Part shown: positions 8,248 through 18,192 of the stretch, piece by piece
How the letters are laid out: the number at the start of each line of letters is the position of its first letter
How positions within the stretch are numbered: position 1 is the first letter of the stretch
From: Clostridia bacterium
GTDB taxonomy: Bacteria > Bacillota > Clostridia > Oscillospirales > Butyricicoccaceae
Direction: 5' to 3'
Length of the DNA stretch: 24,923 nucleotides
Assembly (NCBI GenBank): GCA_017560175.1
Contig: JAFYOK010000190.1
Location: forward strand, 1 to 24,923
Notes under the pieces: model-generated
What the model was told of the DNA's origin: nothing
The model's input: the letters and a program-made list of their open reading frames with translations, nothing else
Database searches by the model: none
Translations under genes and position numbers: made by a program

Positions 8248-8829
8248 ATGCCTTATGTACCTATGGTCGTCGAGCAGACAAGCCGTGGCGAGAGATCCTA
8301 TGATATCTATTCCCGCCTGCTCAATGACCGCGTCGTTATCCTGTCGGATGAGGTCAACGATCAGACTGCAAGCCTGATCGTTGCCCAGCTGCTTTATCTT
8401 GAAGCACAGGATCCCGATAAGGATATCCAGTTCTATATCAATAGCCCCGGCGGCTCGATCTCGTCCGGTCTGGCCATTTACGACACTATGAACTATATCA
8501 AGTGTGACGTATCGACCATCTGCATCGGCATGGCTGCCAGCATGGGTGCATTCCTGCTGACCGCCGGTGCCAAGGGCAAGCGTTTTGCACTGCCCAACAG
8601 CGAGATCATGATCCACCAGCCTCTGGGCGGCATGCAGGGTCAGGCTTCCGATATCAAGATCCACGCAGACCGTATCATCAAGAAGCGTGAAAAGCTCAAC
8701 CAGATCATGTGTGAGTGCACCGGTCAGCCTATGGACGTTATGAATGAAGCCACCGACAGAGATAACTTCATGTCGGCACAGGAGGCCCTGGACTTTGGTC
8801 TGATCGATCAGATCATCGAAAAGAGATAA
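8248..8829 (+). CDS. clpP: ATP-dependent Clp protease proteolytic subunit
   Basis: [21 protein letters not shown] (Ser), MIHQP (His), DRDNFM. Confidence 0.99.
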   Translation: MPYVPMVVEQTSRGERSYDIYSRLLNDRVVILSDEVNDQTASLIVAQLLYLEAQDPDKDIQFYINSPGGSISSGLAIYDTMNYIKCDVSTICIGMAASMGAFLLTAGAKGKRFALPNSEIMIHQPLGGMQGQASDIKIHADRIIKKREKLNQIMCECTGQPMDVMNEATDRDNFMSAQEALDFGLIDQIIEKR

Positions 8830-8844
8830 ACGAGGTACTTTCAA

Positions 8845-10083
8845 ATGCCTTCGAACGATAAGAAAGACCTGCGCTGCAGTTTTTGCGGCAGAACGCAGGC
8901 TGAAGTCAAGCGTCTGATTGCCGGCCCCGGCGTTTATATCTGCAATGAGTGCATTGAGATCTGTGCCGAGCTGATTGGCGAAGAGCAGGATCTGCTGGAG
9001 CCTATGCAGGGCTTGGAGGCTCTGGATAAGCTGCCTACACCTGCCGAGATCAAGGAAGGTCTCGATCAGTATATCATTGGTCAGGATCGTGCTAAGGTTG
9101 CGCTGGCGGTCGCCGTTTATAACCACTATAAGCGTATCCGCAGCAAGGAGCAGCACAGCGACGGTGCAGAACTGCAGAAGAGCAATATTCTGATGATCGG
9201 TCCCACAGGCAGTGGTAAGACCTATCTTGCCCAGACCCTGGCCAAGAATCTGCAGGTGCCTTTTGCCATTGCTGATGCTACCACACTGACCGAAGCCGGT
9301 TATGTCGGTGAGGACGTTGAGAATATTCTGCTCCGTCTGATCCAGGCTGCTGATTATGACGTCGAACTGGCTGAGCGCGGCATCATCTATATCGATGAGC
9401 TGGATAAGATCGCCCGTAAGAGCGAGAATCCCTCCATTACCCGTGATGTATCGGGCGAGGGTGTTCAGCAGGCGCTGCTCAAGATCCTGGAGGGTACGGT
9501 TGCCAATGTTCCTCCTCAGGGCGGACGTAAGCATCCCCATCAGGAATTTATCCAGATCGATACAAGCAATATCCTCTTTATTTGCGGCGGTGCCTTTGAC
9601 GGCATCGAAAAGGTCGTTGAAAAGCGTACCGGCAAGCAGGGCATCGGTTTTGGTGCTGAAGTCCATTCCAAGAAGGATATTCGCAATGCCGATCTGCTCC
9701 AGAAGGTCGAGCACCATGATGTGCTCAAGTTCGGTCTGATCCCCGAGCTGGTTGGCCGTCTGCCCATTCTGGTTTCGCTGGACAACCTGGATGAGAATGC
9801 GCTGCTGGATATTCTGGTCAAGCCCAAGAATGCCATCACCAAGCAGTATCAGCATCTTTTCCGTCTGGACAATGTTGAACTTGAGTTTGAAGAAGCGGCT
9901 CTCAAAGCCATCGCCAAAAAGACAATCGAGCGCAATACAGGTGCCCGTGGTCTGCGTTCGGTCGTTGAAGGTCTGCTGACCCAGCTGATGTTTGATGTTC
10001 CTTCCGATCCCTCGATCAAGAAGGCTATTATTACTGAGGAACATGTCAACGGCACAGGCGAACCTAAGCTGATCCGCGAATAA
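8845..10083 (+). CDS. clpX: ATP-dependent Clp protease ATP-binding subunit
   Basis: C4 zinc-binding CSFCG...CNEC, Walker [25 protein letters not shown] loop (GIGFG), TGARGLR. Confidence 0.99.
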   Translation: MPSNDKKDLRCSFCGRTQAEVKRLIAGPGVYICNECIEICAELIGEEQDLLEPMQGLEALDKLPTPAEIKEGLDQYIIGQDRAKVALAVAVYNHYKRIRSKEQHSDGAELQKSNILMIGPTGSGKTYLAQTLAKNLQVPFAIADATTLTEAGYVGEDVENILLRLIQAADYDVELAERGIIYIDELDKIARKSENPSITRDVSGEGVQQALLKILEGTVANVPPQGGRKHPHQEFIQIDTSNILFICGGAFDGIEKVVEKRTGKQGIGFGAEVHSKKDIRNADLLQKVEHHDVLKFGLIPELVGRLPILVSLDNLDENALLDILVKPKNAITKQYQHLFRLDNVELEFEEAALKAIAKKTIERNTGARGLRSVVEGLLTQLMFDVPSDPSIKKAIITEEHVNGTGEPKLIRE

Positions 10084-10128
10084 ATCTTTGCAGATCGATC
10101 AAAAATAAAATAAAGCACTGCTGCTTTT

Positions 10129-10162
10129 GGCAGGGTGAGGGAGACCTCACCCTGCCTTTTTT
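10129..10162 (+). terminator. Intrinsic terminator after clpX
   Basis: Perfect 12 bp stem GGCAGGGTGAGG/CCTCACCCTGCC, GAGA tetraloop, T6 tract. Confidence 0.92.
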
Positions 10163-10202
10163 GAATTTTCTACGACTTTTCCCGGAGAAGTCGCGCGTTG
10201 AC

Positions 10203-10231
10203 TTGAAATAAATCATAATTTGTGGTATACT
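10203..10231 (+). promoter_or_regulatory. Sigma-A promoter of lon
   Basis: TTGAAA (10203-10208), 17 bp spacer, TATACT (10226-10231) with extended -10 TG at 10223-10224. Confidence 0.78.
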
Positions 10232-10258
10232 ATCCACTTAGAATGGAGGAGTATACTA

Positions 10259-12688
10259 ATGCCCAACGAATTCGACAGCCGATTGATCGTTCATAACATT
10301 CCCACCATGGCTCTGGTCGGAATTACGGTCTTTCCCAATACTGTCTTTCATTTTGATGTAGGTCGTCAGGTTTCTATCAATGCGCTGAATAAGGCCATGT
10401 CTGCCGACCAGAAAATTTTCCTTGTTTCCCAGAAAGAGCTCTCTGTTGAAACCCCTACTTTTAACGATATATATCGCATGGGCACCATTGCCAAGATCAA
10501 GCAGGTCCTGCGTATGCCCGGCGGCACGCTGCGTGTCCTGGCCGAAGGTGAATCCCGTGCCATCGTTTACGCACCCCTGTCGGATAACGAATATCTGCGC
10601 TGTGATGCCTATCTGATCGAGGCGGAGGCCCGCGAAGCCACACTCAAGCGTGATCAGGCTGCGCTGCGAACCCTGCGTGATCTGTTCCTGGAGTATGCGG
10701 ATCTGGCCCCCAAGGTCAACCAGGATGTCGTATCCAAGGTTTTTGATAACAACGACATGGCCTGGGTTTCCGACTTTATTGCACAGAATATCTTTATTCA
10801 GCACAATGACAAGCAGCGTGTCCTGGAAGAGACCGATCCCCGTCGCCGCTGCATGCTGCTGACCCGTATTTTGACCGATGAGATCGATATTCTCGTTCTG
10901 GAGCAGGATATTCAGAACAAGGTCAAGCTGCAGATGGACAAGAACCAGCGCGATTATTATCTGCGCGAGCAGATTCGTGTCATCTATGAGGAGCTGGGCG
11001 AAGGCGAAGATGTCCTGTCGGAAGCTAAAAAATATGCCGAGCGTATTGAAGCCCTCAAGTTCCCCCAGGAGATCGAGGACAAGCTCAAGAAGGAAGCTGC
11101 CCGTCTGGGTCGCCTGCAGGCCAATTCTCCCGACGGCGGTGTTATTCGCAACTATCTGGACACCGTTCTGGAGCTGCCCTGGCATAAACTGACCAACGAG
11201 AACAATGATATTGCCAAGGCGGCCAAGATCCTGGATGCCGATCACTACGGTCTGCAGAAGGTCAAGGAGCGTATTCTGGAGTTCTTTGCCGTCAAGCAGC
11301 TGGCCGGTGGCTTCAAGGGTCAGATCATCTGTCTGGTCGGCCCTCCCGGCGTCGGTAAGACATCGATCGCCAGTTCCATCGCCCGTGCACTGGGCCGTAA
11401 TTATGCCCGTATTTCGCTGGGTGGTGTTCGTGACGAGGCCGATATTCGCGGCCATCGCCGTACCTATATCGGCTCTATGCCAGGCCGCATCATTTCTGCT
11501 GTCAAGCAGGCAGGCAGCCGTAATCCCCTCATCCTGATTGATGAGATTGACAAGCTGTCTTCCGATTATAAGGGAGATCCTTCCTCGGCGTTGCTGGAGG
11601 TCTTTGATACCGCACAGAACTCGGCTTTTGTCGACCATTATCTCGATATTCCTTTTGACCTCAGCGATGTTCTCTTTGTCTGTACAGCCAACTATGCCGA
11701 TAATATCCCCGGTCCTCTCTATGACCGAATGGAGATCATCGACCTTTCCGGTTATACCGCAGAAGAGAAGATGCATATCGCTCGCGAGCATCTGCTGCCC
11801 AAGCAGCTTAAGCTCAATGGCCTCAAGGGCTCCAATCTGATCGTTCCCGAAAAGTCCATGCATGCCATCATCGAAGGCTATACCCGCGAAGCAGGTGTCC
11901 GTTCGCTGGAACGTGAACTGGCCAAGCTGTGCCGTAAAACTGCCAAGTATCTGCTGGAAAGCGGCAAGAAGTCGGTTCGCATCAATAACGAAAATATGGT
12001 CAAGTATCTGGGCAATGTCCGCTTCAAGAAGCGCAAGCTGGCCGCAGAGAACGACTGTGGTATTGTCAACGGCTTGGCCTGGACCAGCGTTGGCGGTGAG
12101 ATGCTGGAAGTCGAAGCCATTGCCATCGAAGGCAGCGGCAAGATCGAAGTCACCGGTAATCTCGGCGATGTTATGAAGGAATCGGTCCGTGCGGCTATGA
12201 CCTATATCCGCAGCCGCAGTGAGGCGCTGGGTATCGATAAGGATTTCCATAAGAATAAGGATATACATATCCATTTCCCCGAAGGTGCTGTTCCCAAGGA
12301 CGGTCCCTCGGCAGGTATTACCATTTCTACAGCATTGATTTCTGCACTGACCGGTAAGCGCGTCAGCAGCAGCATCGCCATGACCGGTGAAGTTACCATT
12401 ACCGGCCGCGTTCTGGCCATCGGCGGTCTGAAGGAAAAGACCATGGCGGCTTATCTCCATGATTGCAAGCGTGTCATCATCCCCGAAGAGAATCTCCGTG
12501 ATCTGGACGATATCGATCCCAAGGTTCGCGAGAATCTGGAGTTTGTTGCCGCCAAGCACATGGATGATGTCGTTCGTGCTGTTTTTTCCTATGTCACCGT
12601 TGAGGAGCAGGCTGAAGAGAAGAAAGAGGAATACAACCTCGTTGTTCCTGCCGCTGTTCCCAACGTCACCGGTGTTCGTCAGCAGTAA
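10259..12688 (+). CDS. lon: Lon protease (LonA)
   Basis: LON N-domain, Walker A GPPGVGKT, GHRRTYIGSMPG, catalytic PKDGPSAG and GGLKEK. ATG 10259 with RBS GGAGGA. Confidence 0.99.
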   Translation: MPNEFDSRLIVHNIPTMALVGITVFPNTVFHFDVGRQVSINALNKAMSADQKIFLVSQKELSVETPTFNDIYRMGTIAKIKQVLRMPGGTLRVLAEGESRAIVYAPLSDNEYLRCDAYLIEAEAREATLKRDQAALRTLRDLFLEYADLAPKVNQDVVSKVFDNNDMAWVSDFIAQNIFIQHNDKQRVLEETDPRRRCMLLTRILTDEIDILVLEQDIQNKVKLQMDKNQRDYYLREQIRVIYEELGEGEDVLSEAKKYAERIEALKFPQEIEDKLKKEAARLGRLQANSPDGGVIRNYLDTVLELPWHKLTNENNDIAKAAKILDADHYGLQKVKERILEFFAVKQLAGGFKGQIICLVGPPGVGKTSIASSIARALGRNYARISLGGVRDEADIRGHRRTYIGSMPGRIISAVKQAGSRNPLILIDEIDKLSSDYKGDPSSALLEVFDTAQNSAFVDHYLDIPFDLSDVLFVCTANYADNIPGPLYDRMEIIDLSGYTAEEKMHIAREHLLPKQLKLNGLKGSNLIVPEKSMHAIIEGYTREAGVRSLERELAKLCRKTAKYLLESGKKSVRINNENMVKYLGNVRFKKRKLAAENDCGIVNGLAWTSVGGEMLEVEAIAIEGSGKIEVTGNLGDVMKESVRAAMTYIRSRSEALGIDKDFHKNKDIHIHFPEGAVPKDGPSAGITISTALISALTGKRVSSSIAMTGEVTITGRVLAIGGLKEKTMAAYLHDCKRVIIPEENLRDLDDIDPKVRENLEFVAAKHMDDVVRAVFSYVTVEEQAEEKKEEYNLVVPAAVPNVTGVRQQ

Positions 12689-12705
12689 CTGCTACAGGAG
12701 GAATT

Positions 12706-13290
12706 ATGAACTTAAATAAAACCAAGTTTATCCGTTCGGCGGCATCTCCCAAGGATTTTCCGGCCGACGATGCCAAGCGCTTTGTCTTTGTAGGTCGTTC
12801 CAATGTAGGTAAGTCCTCTACGATCAACTGTCTGGTCGGTAAGAAGGGTTTTGCCAAGGTCAGCTCCATGCCCGGCAAGACCGTCTATGTCAATATGTTC
12901 AATGTTGAAGATAAGGCATGGATCATCGACCTGCCCGGTTATGGCTATTCCAAGACTTCCAAGGAAGAGCGTGCCCGTTATTCGGCGCTGATTGATAAGT
13001 ATTTTGAATGCGATATGGAGAAGATTTCCCGCATTTATGTTATTGTCGATATTCGCCACAAGCCTACGGCCGACGACCAGATGATGGTCGAGTGGATCCG
13101 TGCTTACAATCTGCCCATGACCATCGTTGCCAATAAGCTGGACAAGCTCAAGAAGTCGCAGATCCAGCCTGCACTGGATCTCATCCGTGAGACTCTGCTG
13201 CTGGGTGAAGAGACACCTCTGATTGCAATTTCGGCAGATAAGGGTGATGGCCGCGATCTGCTGGTCAGCGATATGCTGTCGGTATTCTAA
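12706..13290 (+). CDS. engB: GTP-binding protein EngB/YsxC/YihA
   Basis: GRSNVGKSS, PGKT, DLPGYGY, NKLDK. Confidence 0.97.
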   Translation: MNLNKTKFIRSAASPKDFPADDAKRFVFVGRSNVGKSSTINCLVGKKGFAKVSSMPGKTVYVNMFNVEDKAWIIDLPGYGYSKTSKEERARYSALIDKYFECDMEKISRIYVIVDIRHKPTADDQMMVEWIRAYNLPMTIVANKLDKLKKSQIQPALDLIRETLLLGEETPLIAISADKGDGRDLLVSDMLSVF

Positions 13291-13319
13291 GCCGCGCATA
13301 CAAAAAGGAGCTAAAAACA

Positions 13320-13964
13320 TTGAAAGATCTGCAGTATTATATCATCGTTATCCCTGCAGCGCTGATTGCTATTTCTATCCATGAGATGAGCCATGCCTGG
13401 GCGGCATGGCTGCTTGGTGACCGTACAGCGCAGCAGCAGGGAAGATTGAATATGAATCCGCTGTCCCATATCGATCCTTTGGGCTTTCTATGCATGATCT
13501 TTTTTGGATTTGGTTGGGCCAAACCGGTTCCGGTCAATCCCTATTATTTCAAGAACCGTAAACTTGGCATGGCGGTTACTGCTGTTGCCGGTCCGCTGAG
13601 CAATTTTATCCTCGGATTTCTTTCGATTGTTGCCTATGTACTGATCTTTTTCTCCCAGGCGGGAGATATGGTTATGGCACTTGGAAAGTTTCTGATGACA
13701 TTGGGCAGTCTGAGCATAGGCCTGGGTGTCTTTAATCTGTTGCCTATTCCGCCCTTGGACGGCTCCAAAGTCCTGTTTCTGTTCTTGCCTAATAAGGCTA
13801 TCCATTGGGTATATCAGTATGAAGGGTATATTCGTCTGGCGCTGCTGCTTGGTCTTTATTTCGGTGCGTTTCGCAGCTGGATCGGTATCGGCCAGAGTGC
13901 TTTGGTCGATGTGGCCATTGATGGAGGCATCCGTGTGGCAGAGCTGTTGGGCCTGGGGTGGTAA
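13320..13964 (+). CDS. Site-2 protease family (M50) membrane metalloprotease
   Basis: HEMSH zinc motif, GWAKPVPVNP, AGPLSN, NLLPIPPLDG; several TM segments; TTG start with RBS AAGGAG. Confidence 0.92.
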   Translation: MKDLQYYIIVIPAALIAISIHEMSHAWAAWLLGDRTAQQQGRLNMNPLSHIDPLGFLCMIFFGFGWAKPVPVNPYYFKNRKLGMAVTAVAGPLSNFILGFLSIVAYVLIFFSQAGDMVMALGKFLMTLGSLSIGLGVFNLLPIPPLDGSKVLFLFLPNKAIHWVYQYEGYIRLALLLGLYFGAFRSWIGIGQSALVDVAIDGGIRVAELLGLGW

Positions 13965-13966
13965 CT

Positions 13967-14695
13967 ATGGCAGAAAAGGTGACTTTCCATCTGGCGCAGT
14001 TTGATGGCCCTTTGGATCTTCTGCTTCATCTGCTGTCGAGAAATCGCATAGAAATCAAAGATATTCCCATTGCAGAGATCTGCGCTCAGTATTTGGAATA
14101 TCTTGAAAGAATGCGTACCCTGGATATCGAAGTGGCCGGCGAGTTTATTGCTATGGCTTCTCATCTGGTGTATATCAAGTCCAAAATGCTGCTACCGGTT
14201 TATGAAGATGAGGGAGCAGAAGACCCTCGTACGGCTCTGATCGAGACTCTGTTGGATTATCAGAGGGTCAAGCAGGCCGGAGGTATGCTGTTGGGACGCT
14301 ATGAAATGGGCAAAGATGTTTTTACCCGCGATCGAGAAGTTCTGGGTACTGACCCAGGGCAGCTGTATGACCATACAGCAGATCATCTGAAAAAAGCCAT
14401 TATTGCCATTCTGGAACGTGCCGGCCGCAAGTTACCGCCTCCTGTGGAGTCTTTCAGCGGTATTGTCGGTCGACATCGTGTATCGGTAGAGGATAAGATT
14501 ACTGAGATCCTGAAACGGTTCCGTAGCAGTGAGCGTCTGAGTTTTAATCAGTTGGTTCTTGAAGCGGAAGATCGTTCGGGTGTTGTTGCAGTTTTTCTTG
14601 CAGTGCTGGAAATGTCCAAAAACCGAAGGGTACAGATCGAGGAAGAGAACGAACAGTATACACTGATATGGATGGGAGAAAATGATGGAGAGTAA
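13967..14695 (+). CDS. scpA: Segregation and condensation protein A
   Basis: FDGPLDLLLHL, EFIAMASHLVYIKSKMLLP, FLAVLEM. Confidence 0.95.
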   Translation: MAEKVTFHLAQFDGPLDLLLHLLSRNRIEIKDIPIAEICAQYLEYLERMRTLDIEVAGEFIAMASHLVYIKSKMLLPVYEDEGAEDPRTALIETLLDYQRVKQAGGMLLGRYEMGKDVFTRDREVLGTDPGQLYDHTADHLKKAIIAILERAGRKLPPPVESFSGIVGRHRVSVEDKITEILKRFRSSERLSFNQLVLEAEDRSGVVAVFLAVLEMSKNRRVQIEEENEQYTLIWMGENDGE

Positions 14696-15257
14696 CAGAA
14701 AATCTGTATACGCCTTGGAGGCCATCCTTTTCGCTGCAGGCGACTCCATGCCGGCAGAAAAGTTGTGTGCTGTACTGGAGATCGATCGGTCGACATTGGA
14801 AAGCTGGGCTTCACAGCTGGCCGATGAATATGATTACAATATGCGCGGCATGCGGCTGGTGCGGCTGAATGATCGTTACCAGTTGGTCTCTCGTCAGGAG
14901 TATGCCGAACCTGTCCGCAAAGCATTGGAATCCGGAAGGCCACCCGTTCTTTCACAGTCCGCATTGGAAGTGCTGGCGATTATTGCTTATAAACAACCGA
15001 TCACCCGAGCATATATCGATCAGGTACGCGGTATTGCCAGCAGTCATACAGTGGCAGGTCTGGCAGAAAAGGGATTGATCGAAAGCTGCGGTCGTCTGGA
15101 TGTTCCCGGACGTCCCAATTTGTACGTGACCACCGAGAAGTTTCTAAGGTCCTTTGGTCTGTCAGATCTGGAGCAGCTTCCTTATGTTGAGGGCTTTGAG
15201 ATCGAACATGGAAGCGAACAGTTGTCGTTGGAAGCTCAGGAGGGAGAAAGATCATGA
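14685..15257 (+). CDS. scpB: Segregation and condensation protein B
   Basis: LEAILFA, LEVLAIIAYKQPITR, GRLDVPGRP, FLRSFGL. The second ATG (14685) has the better RBS spacing. Confidence 0.95.
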   Translation: MESNRKSVYALEAILFAAGDSMPAEKLCAVLEIDRSTLESWASQLADEYDYNMRGMRLVRLNDRYQLVSRQEYAEPVRKALESGRPPVLSQSALEVLAIIAYKQPITRAYIDQVRGIASSHTVAGLAEKGLIESCGRLDVPGRPNLYVTTEKFLRSFGLSDLEQLPYVEGFEIEHGSEQLSLEAQEGERS

Positions 15258-15928
15258 AATGGATCGGATTTCTTCTGCTTGGATTTTTCACTTTGATCTT
15301 TCTTGTTTTGATTTGTCCTATTTTCGTCCGGATCGATGCTTCCAACGGCACTTTAAGTGTTCATGTGCACATAATAGGCATTTCTTTTAAGGTTTTTCCC
15401 ATGAAGGAAAAAACCCCGGAAGAGAAGGAAGAAGCCGAGGCACGTAAAGCGGCCAAAGCGGAGCAGAAAGAAAAAGAGAAAGCGGCGAAGGCTGCCAAGG
15501 AGCAGGCTGCTGCGGAGAAGGCGCAGGCAGAAGGTAAGCCCATACCCAAGAAAAAGACTTTTGTACAGACACTGACCTTTAACAAGGTTTGTGATCTTCT
15601 GGCATTGGCTAAGGAAGCTATCGTTAAGGTGCTTCGAGGTTTTTCTATTCCAACCTTCCGCCTGTATGCCAATCTGAACGGCGGAGACGCAGCCAATACT
15701 GCCATTCTGTATGGCGGGGCCTGTAGCTTTATGGGTGCAGTTATGCCCCATTTGGAGCGTGTCTGTCGCATAAAAAAGACCGATGTGCAGCTTTATCCTG
15801 CGTTTGAAGGGGAGACTGTTTTTGATTTGACAGTCACCATCCGTACGGTACCCATTCGCCTGGTTGCCGTCGCATTGATTTTGTTGGTTCACTATTTGAA
15901 AATAAATAAAAAACATAAGGCGGTGTAA
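15254..15928 (+). CDS. DUF2953/YtfI-like protein
   Basis: N-terminal TM helix, GGDAANTAILYG motif, position directly before ytfJ. Confidence 0.75.
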   Translation: MKWIGFLLLGFFTLIFLVLICPIFVRIDASNGTLSVHVHIIGISFKVFPMKEKTPEEKEEAEARKAAKAEQKEKEKAAKAAKEQAAAEKAQAEGKPIPKKKTFVQTLTFNKVCDLLALAKEAIVKVLRGFSIPTFRLYANLNGGDAANTAILYGGACSFMGAVMPHLERVCRIKKTDVQLYPAFEGETVFDLTVTIRTVPIRLVAVALILLVHYLKINKKHKAV

Positions 15929-15930
15929 AA

Positions 15931-16311
15931 ATGAGCAGCTTGAATGACGTAATGAATCAGACCATGGCAAAAATGAAGGAGCTGGTTGATGTCAATACCG
16001 TAATCGGTAATCCGATCACCACTCCTGATGGAACAACGCTCATCCCCGTATCCAAGGTCAGTTTTGGCTTTGCGTCGGGCGGCAATGATGGTGTTGGCAA
16101 AAATGACAAGCCTTCTTTTGGTGCCGGCAGCGGTGCAGGTGTATCCATTGTTCCCATCGCCTTCATGGTAGTCACACAGGGCAATGTCCGCATGATCTAT
16201 ATCGATCCGCCTACCAATTCTTCTCTGGATAAAGTTATCGATATGGCACCTGCGCTGATCGATAAGCTCAAATCCGGCAAAAAAGAAGAGCCCGTTGTCC
16301 CCACTCTGTAA
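15931..16311 (+). CDS. ytfJ: Sporulation protein YtfJ/GerW family
   Basis: VDVNTVIGNPI, IPVSKVSFGFASGG, FGAGSGAGVSIVPIAF. Confidence 0.93.
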   Translation: MSSLNDVMNQTMAKMKELVDVNTVIGNPITTPDGTTLIPVSKVSFGFASGGNDGVGKNDKPSFGAGSGAGVSIVPIAFMVVTQGNVRMIYIDPPTNSSLDKVIDMAPALIDKLKSGKKEEPVVPTL

Positions 16312-16312
16312 G

Positions 16313-16340
16313 GTCTGACTTTTCCATCCTCGGCATAGGT
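16313..16340 (+). promoter_or_regulatory. Possible sigma-E-type promoter of dacB
   Basis: GTCTGAC, 14 bp spacer, CATAGGT; loosely resembles the sigma-E consensus (TCATATT-N14-CATAcanT). B. subtilis dacB is sigma-E dependent. Confidence 0.35.
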
Positions 16341-16360
16341 ATTACCGGGGGTGAATCGGA

Positions 16361-17446
16361 TTGAAACGATGGTTATCTTTATGTCTGGCGCTGGTACTGA
16401 TCGGTAGCATGATGCCATGTCAGGCTGCCGAGTTTTCGGCATCGTCAGCCGTACTGTATGATCCGCTGACACAAAAAGTGCTGTATGATAAAAATGGCAA
16501 GGAAGTACGGCCAATGGCCAGTACCACCAAGATCATGACAGCATTGGTGGCGATGGAACTCTATGATATTCATGCATGGGTCGAGATCCGACCGGAGTGG
16601 ACCGGCATAGAGGGGTCTTCCATGTATCTGAAGTCCGGAGAGAAAATGCAGATCATTGATCTCCTATATGGCCTTCTGCTGATGAGCGGCAATGATGCAG
16701 CTGAAGCATTGGCCGGAATATGGACAGGGAACAGGGAAGATTTTATAGCCGTGATGAATCGAAAAGCTGAGATGTTGGGGCTTTCTGATACGGCGTTTGT
16801 CAATCCACATGGCTTAGAAGCGGAAGGGCATTATTCTACGGCGCTGGATCTTGCGCGGTTGATGGCTGTGGCCATGACGAATGAAGTTTTCCGGGAAATC
16901 ACCGGGACGGCATCCTGTCAAAGAGCCGGACGTTATATGCGGAATCACAATAAGCTTCTGACGTTGTATAATGGATGTATTGGTGGGAAGACGGGGTATA
17001 CCCGTAAAGCCGGACGATGCCTTGTTACAGCAGCGGAACAACAGGGGCGTATGCTGATTGCAGTTACGCTGCAGGCACCGGACGATTGGAGCGACCATAC
17101 AATTTTGTATGATGCGGCTTTTTCCGATATGGAACAAGTGCAGATTTTCCAACGAGGTATTGTTGGAAGGATCGCTGTTGCAGGTGGAGGCAACTGTCCA
17201 TTGTACGCAGAAGCAGATTATTCTATAGCATTGCTGTCAGGTGAAGCGAGGAACACGTTTGTGGACATCCATGGTCCAAGATTGGTTTATAGGCCTGTGA
17301 AAGCCGGAGAACAATACGGCTATTTAAATGTAAGATTGGGGGAGCAGGTGGTATTTACTACCCCTCTCTATTATGAAAATGAGATCCCGGCAACCGTAAA
17401 GGCTTCTGTCTGGAGTATGATACGGCAATGGCTAAGGGATCGATGA
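16361..17446 (+). CDS. dacB: D-alanyl-D-alanine carboxypeptidase (S11), DacB-like
   Basis: Signal peptide, SxxK (ASTTK), SGN, KTG, NPHGL; TTG start; located after ytfJ. Confidence 0.85.
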   Translation: MKRWLSLCLALVLIGSMMPCQAAEFSASSAVLYDPLTQKVLYDKNGKEVRPMASTTKIMTALVAMELYDIHAWVEIRPEWTGIEGSSMYLKSGEKMQIIDLLYGLLLMSGNDAAEALAGIWTGNREDFIAVMNRKAEMLGLSDTAFVNPHGLEAEGHYSTALDLARLMAVAMTNEVFREITGTASCQRAGRYMRNHNKLLTLYNGCIGGKTGYTRKAGRCLVTAAEQQGRMLIAVTLQAPDDWSDHTILYDAAFSDMEQVQIFQRGIVGRIAVAGGGNCPLYAEADYSIALLSGEARNTFVDIHGPRLVYRPVKAGEQYGYLNVRLGEQVVFTTPLYYENEIPATVKASVWSMIRQWLRDR

Positions 17447-17460
17447 TATGGAAGTGTATC

Positions 17461-18192
17461 ATGAAAGAAAGATTGCAGAAAATCCTTTCGGCGCAGGGCA
17501 TTTGTTCCCGTCGAAAGGCTGAAGAATACATCAAGGAAGGCGCTGTAAAGGTTAATGGCATTACAGCACTTTTGGGCGAAAGTGCCGATCCGGAAGTCGA
17601 TGAAATTACGCTGGATGGTGTTCTGATCAATCAGATCGGTGCAGAAACCGAAGAAAAAGTTTATATTATGCTTAACAAGCCTCGTGGGTATGTTACCACA
17701 TTGGCGGATGAGTCGGGTCGTCGTACAGTTCTTGATCTGACAGAGAATATTAAGACGCGCATCTATCCTGTCGGCCGACTGGATATGCATTCCGAGGGAC
17801 TGTTGCTGATGACCAATGATGGTGAGCTGACCAATAAGCTGACACATCCCAAGCATAAGGTTTACAAGACCTATCTGCTTAACATCATTTATGATGATGG
17901 ACGGCCGGAAGTGCCTGCAGAGCAGATGCTGAGTAAGCCGATGACCATCGATGGCATTCGTCTGGCTCCTGCCAAGTGCCGTAAGATCACCGATTTGGAA
18001 GACGGATGTATTCTGACCATCAGCATCCGTGAAGGTAAGAACCGTCAGATCCGTCGTATGTGTACGGCCTGCGGTTTTACCGTTCGTTCCCTCAAGCGTG
18101 TATCCATCGGTAAGCTCATGCTGGCCGATCTGCCTGTCGGCGAATATCGTCATCTGACCCGTGAAGAGGTAGAATACCTCAAGTCGCTGTAA
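17461..18192 (+). CDS. rluB: rRNA pseudouridine synthase, RsuA/RluB family
   Basis: S4 domain (ERLQKILS...SRRKAE), NKPRG, GRLD catalytic Asp, EGKNRQIRRM. Start at ATG 17461. Confidence 0.9.
   Translation: MKERLQKILSAQGICSRRKAEEYIKEGAVKVNGITALLGESADPEVDEITLDGVLINQIGAETEEKVYIMLNKPRGYVTTLADESGRRTVLDLTENIKTRIYPVGRLDMHSEGLLLMTNDGELTNKLTHPKHKVYKTYLLNIIYDDGRPEVPAEQMLSKPMTIDGIRLAPAKCRKITDLEDGCILTISIREGKNRQIRRMCTACGFTVRSLKRVSIGKLMLADLPVGEYRHLTREEVEYLKSL

Noticed and set aside
8140-10044. 634 aa minus-strand ORF crossing clpP and clpX
   Set aside because: clpP and clpX share a frame, so their shadows join across the 15 bp gap. No recognisable domain.
10113-10260. CIRCE or CtsR sites at lon
   Set aside because: No TTAGCACTC-N9-GAGTGCTAA, and only a single CtsR-like heptad (GTTGACT) rather than a tandem repeat.
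10271-10277. TTCGACA Spo0A-box matches (also at 8174 and inside tig)
   Set aside because: They arise from frequent codon pairs such as TTC GAC in coding DNA and are not enriched at promoters.
10256-12559. 767 aa minus-strand ORF opposite lon
   Set aside because: Codon-for-codon antisense shadow. The sense genes avoid TTA, CTA and TCA, which removes stops from the reverse frame. No motifs or RBS.
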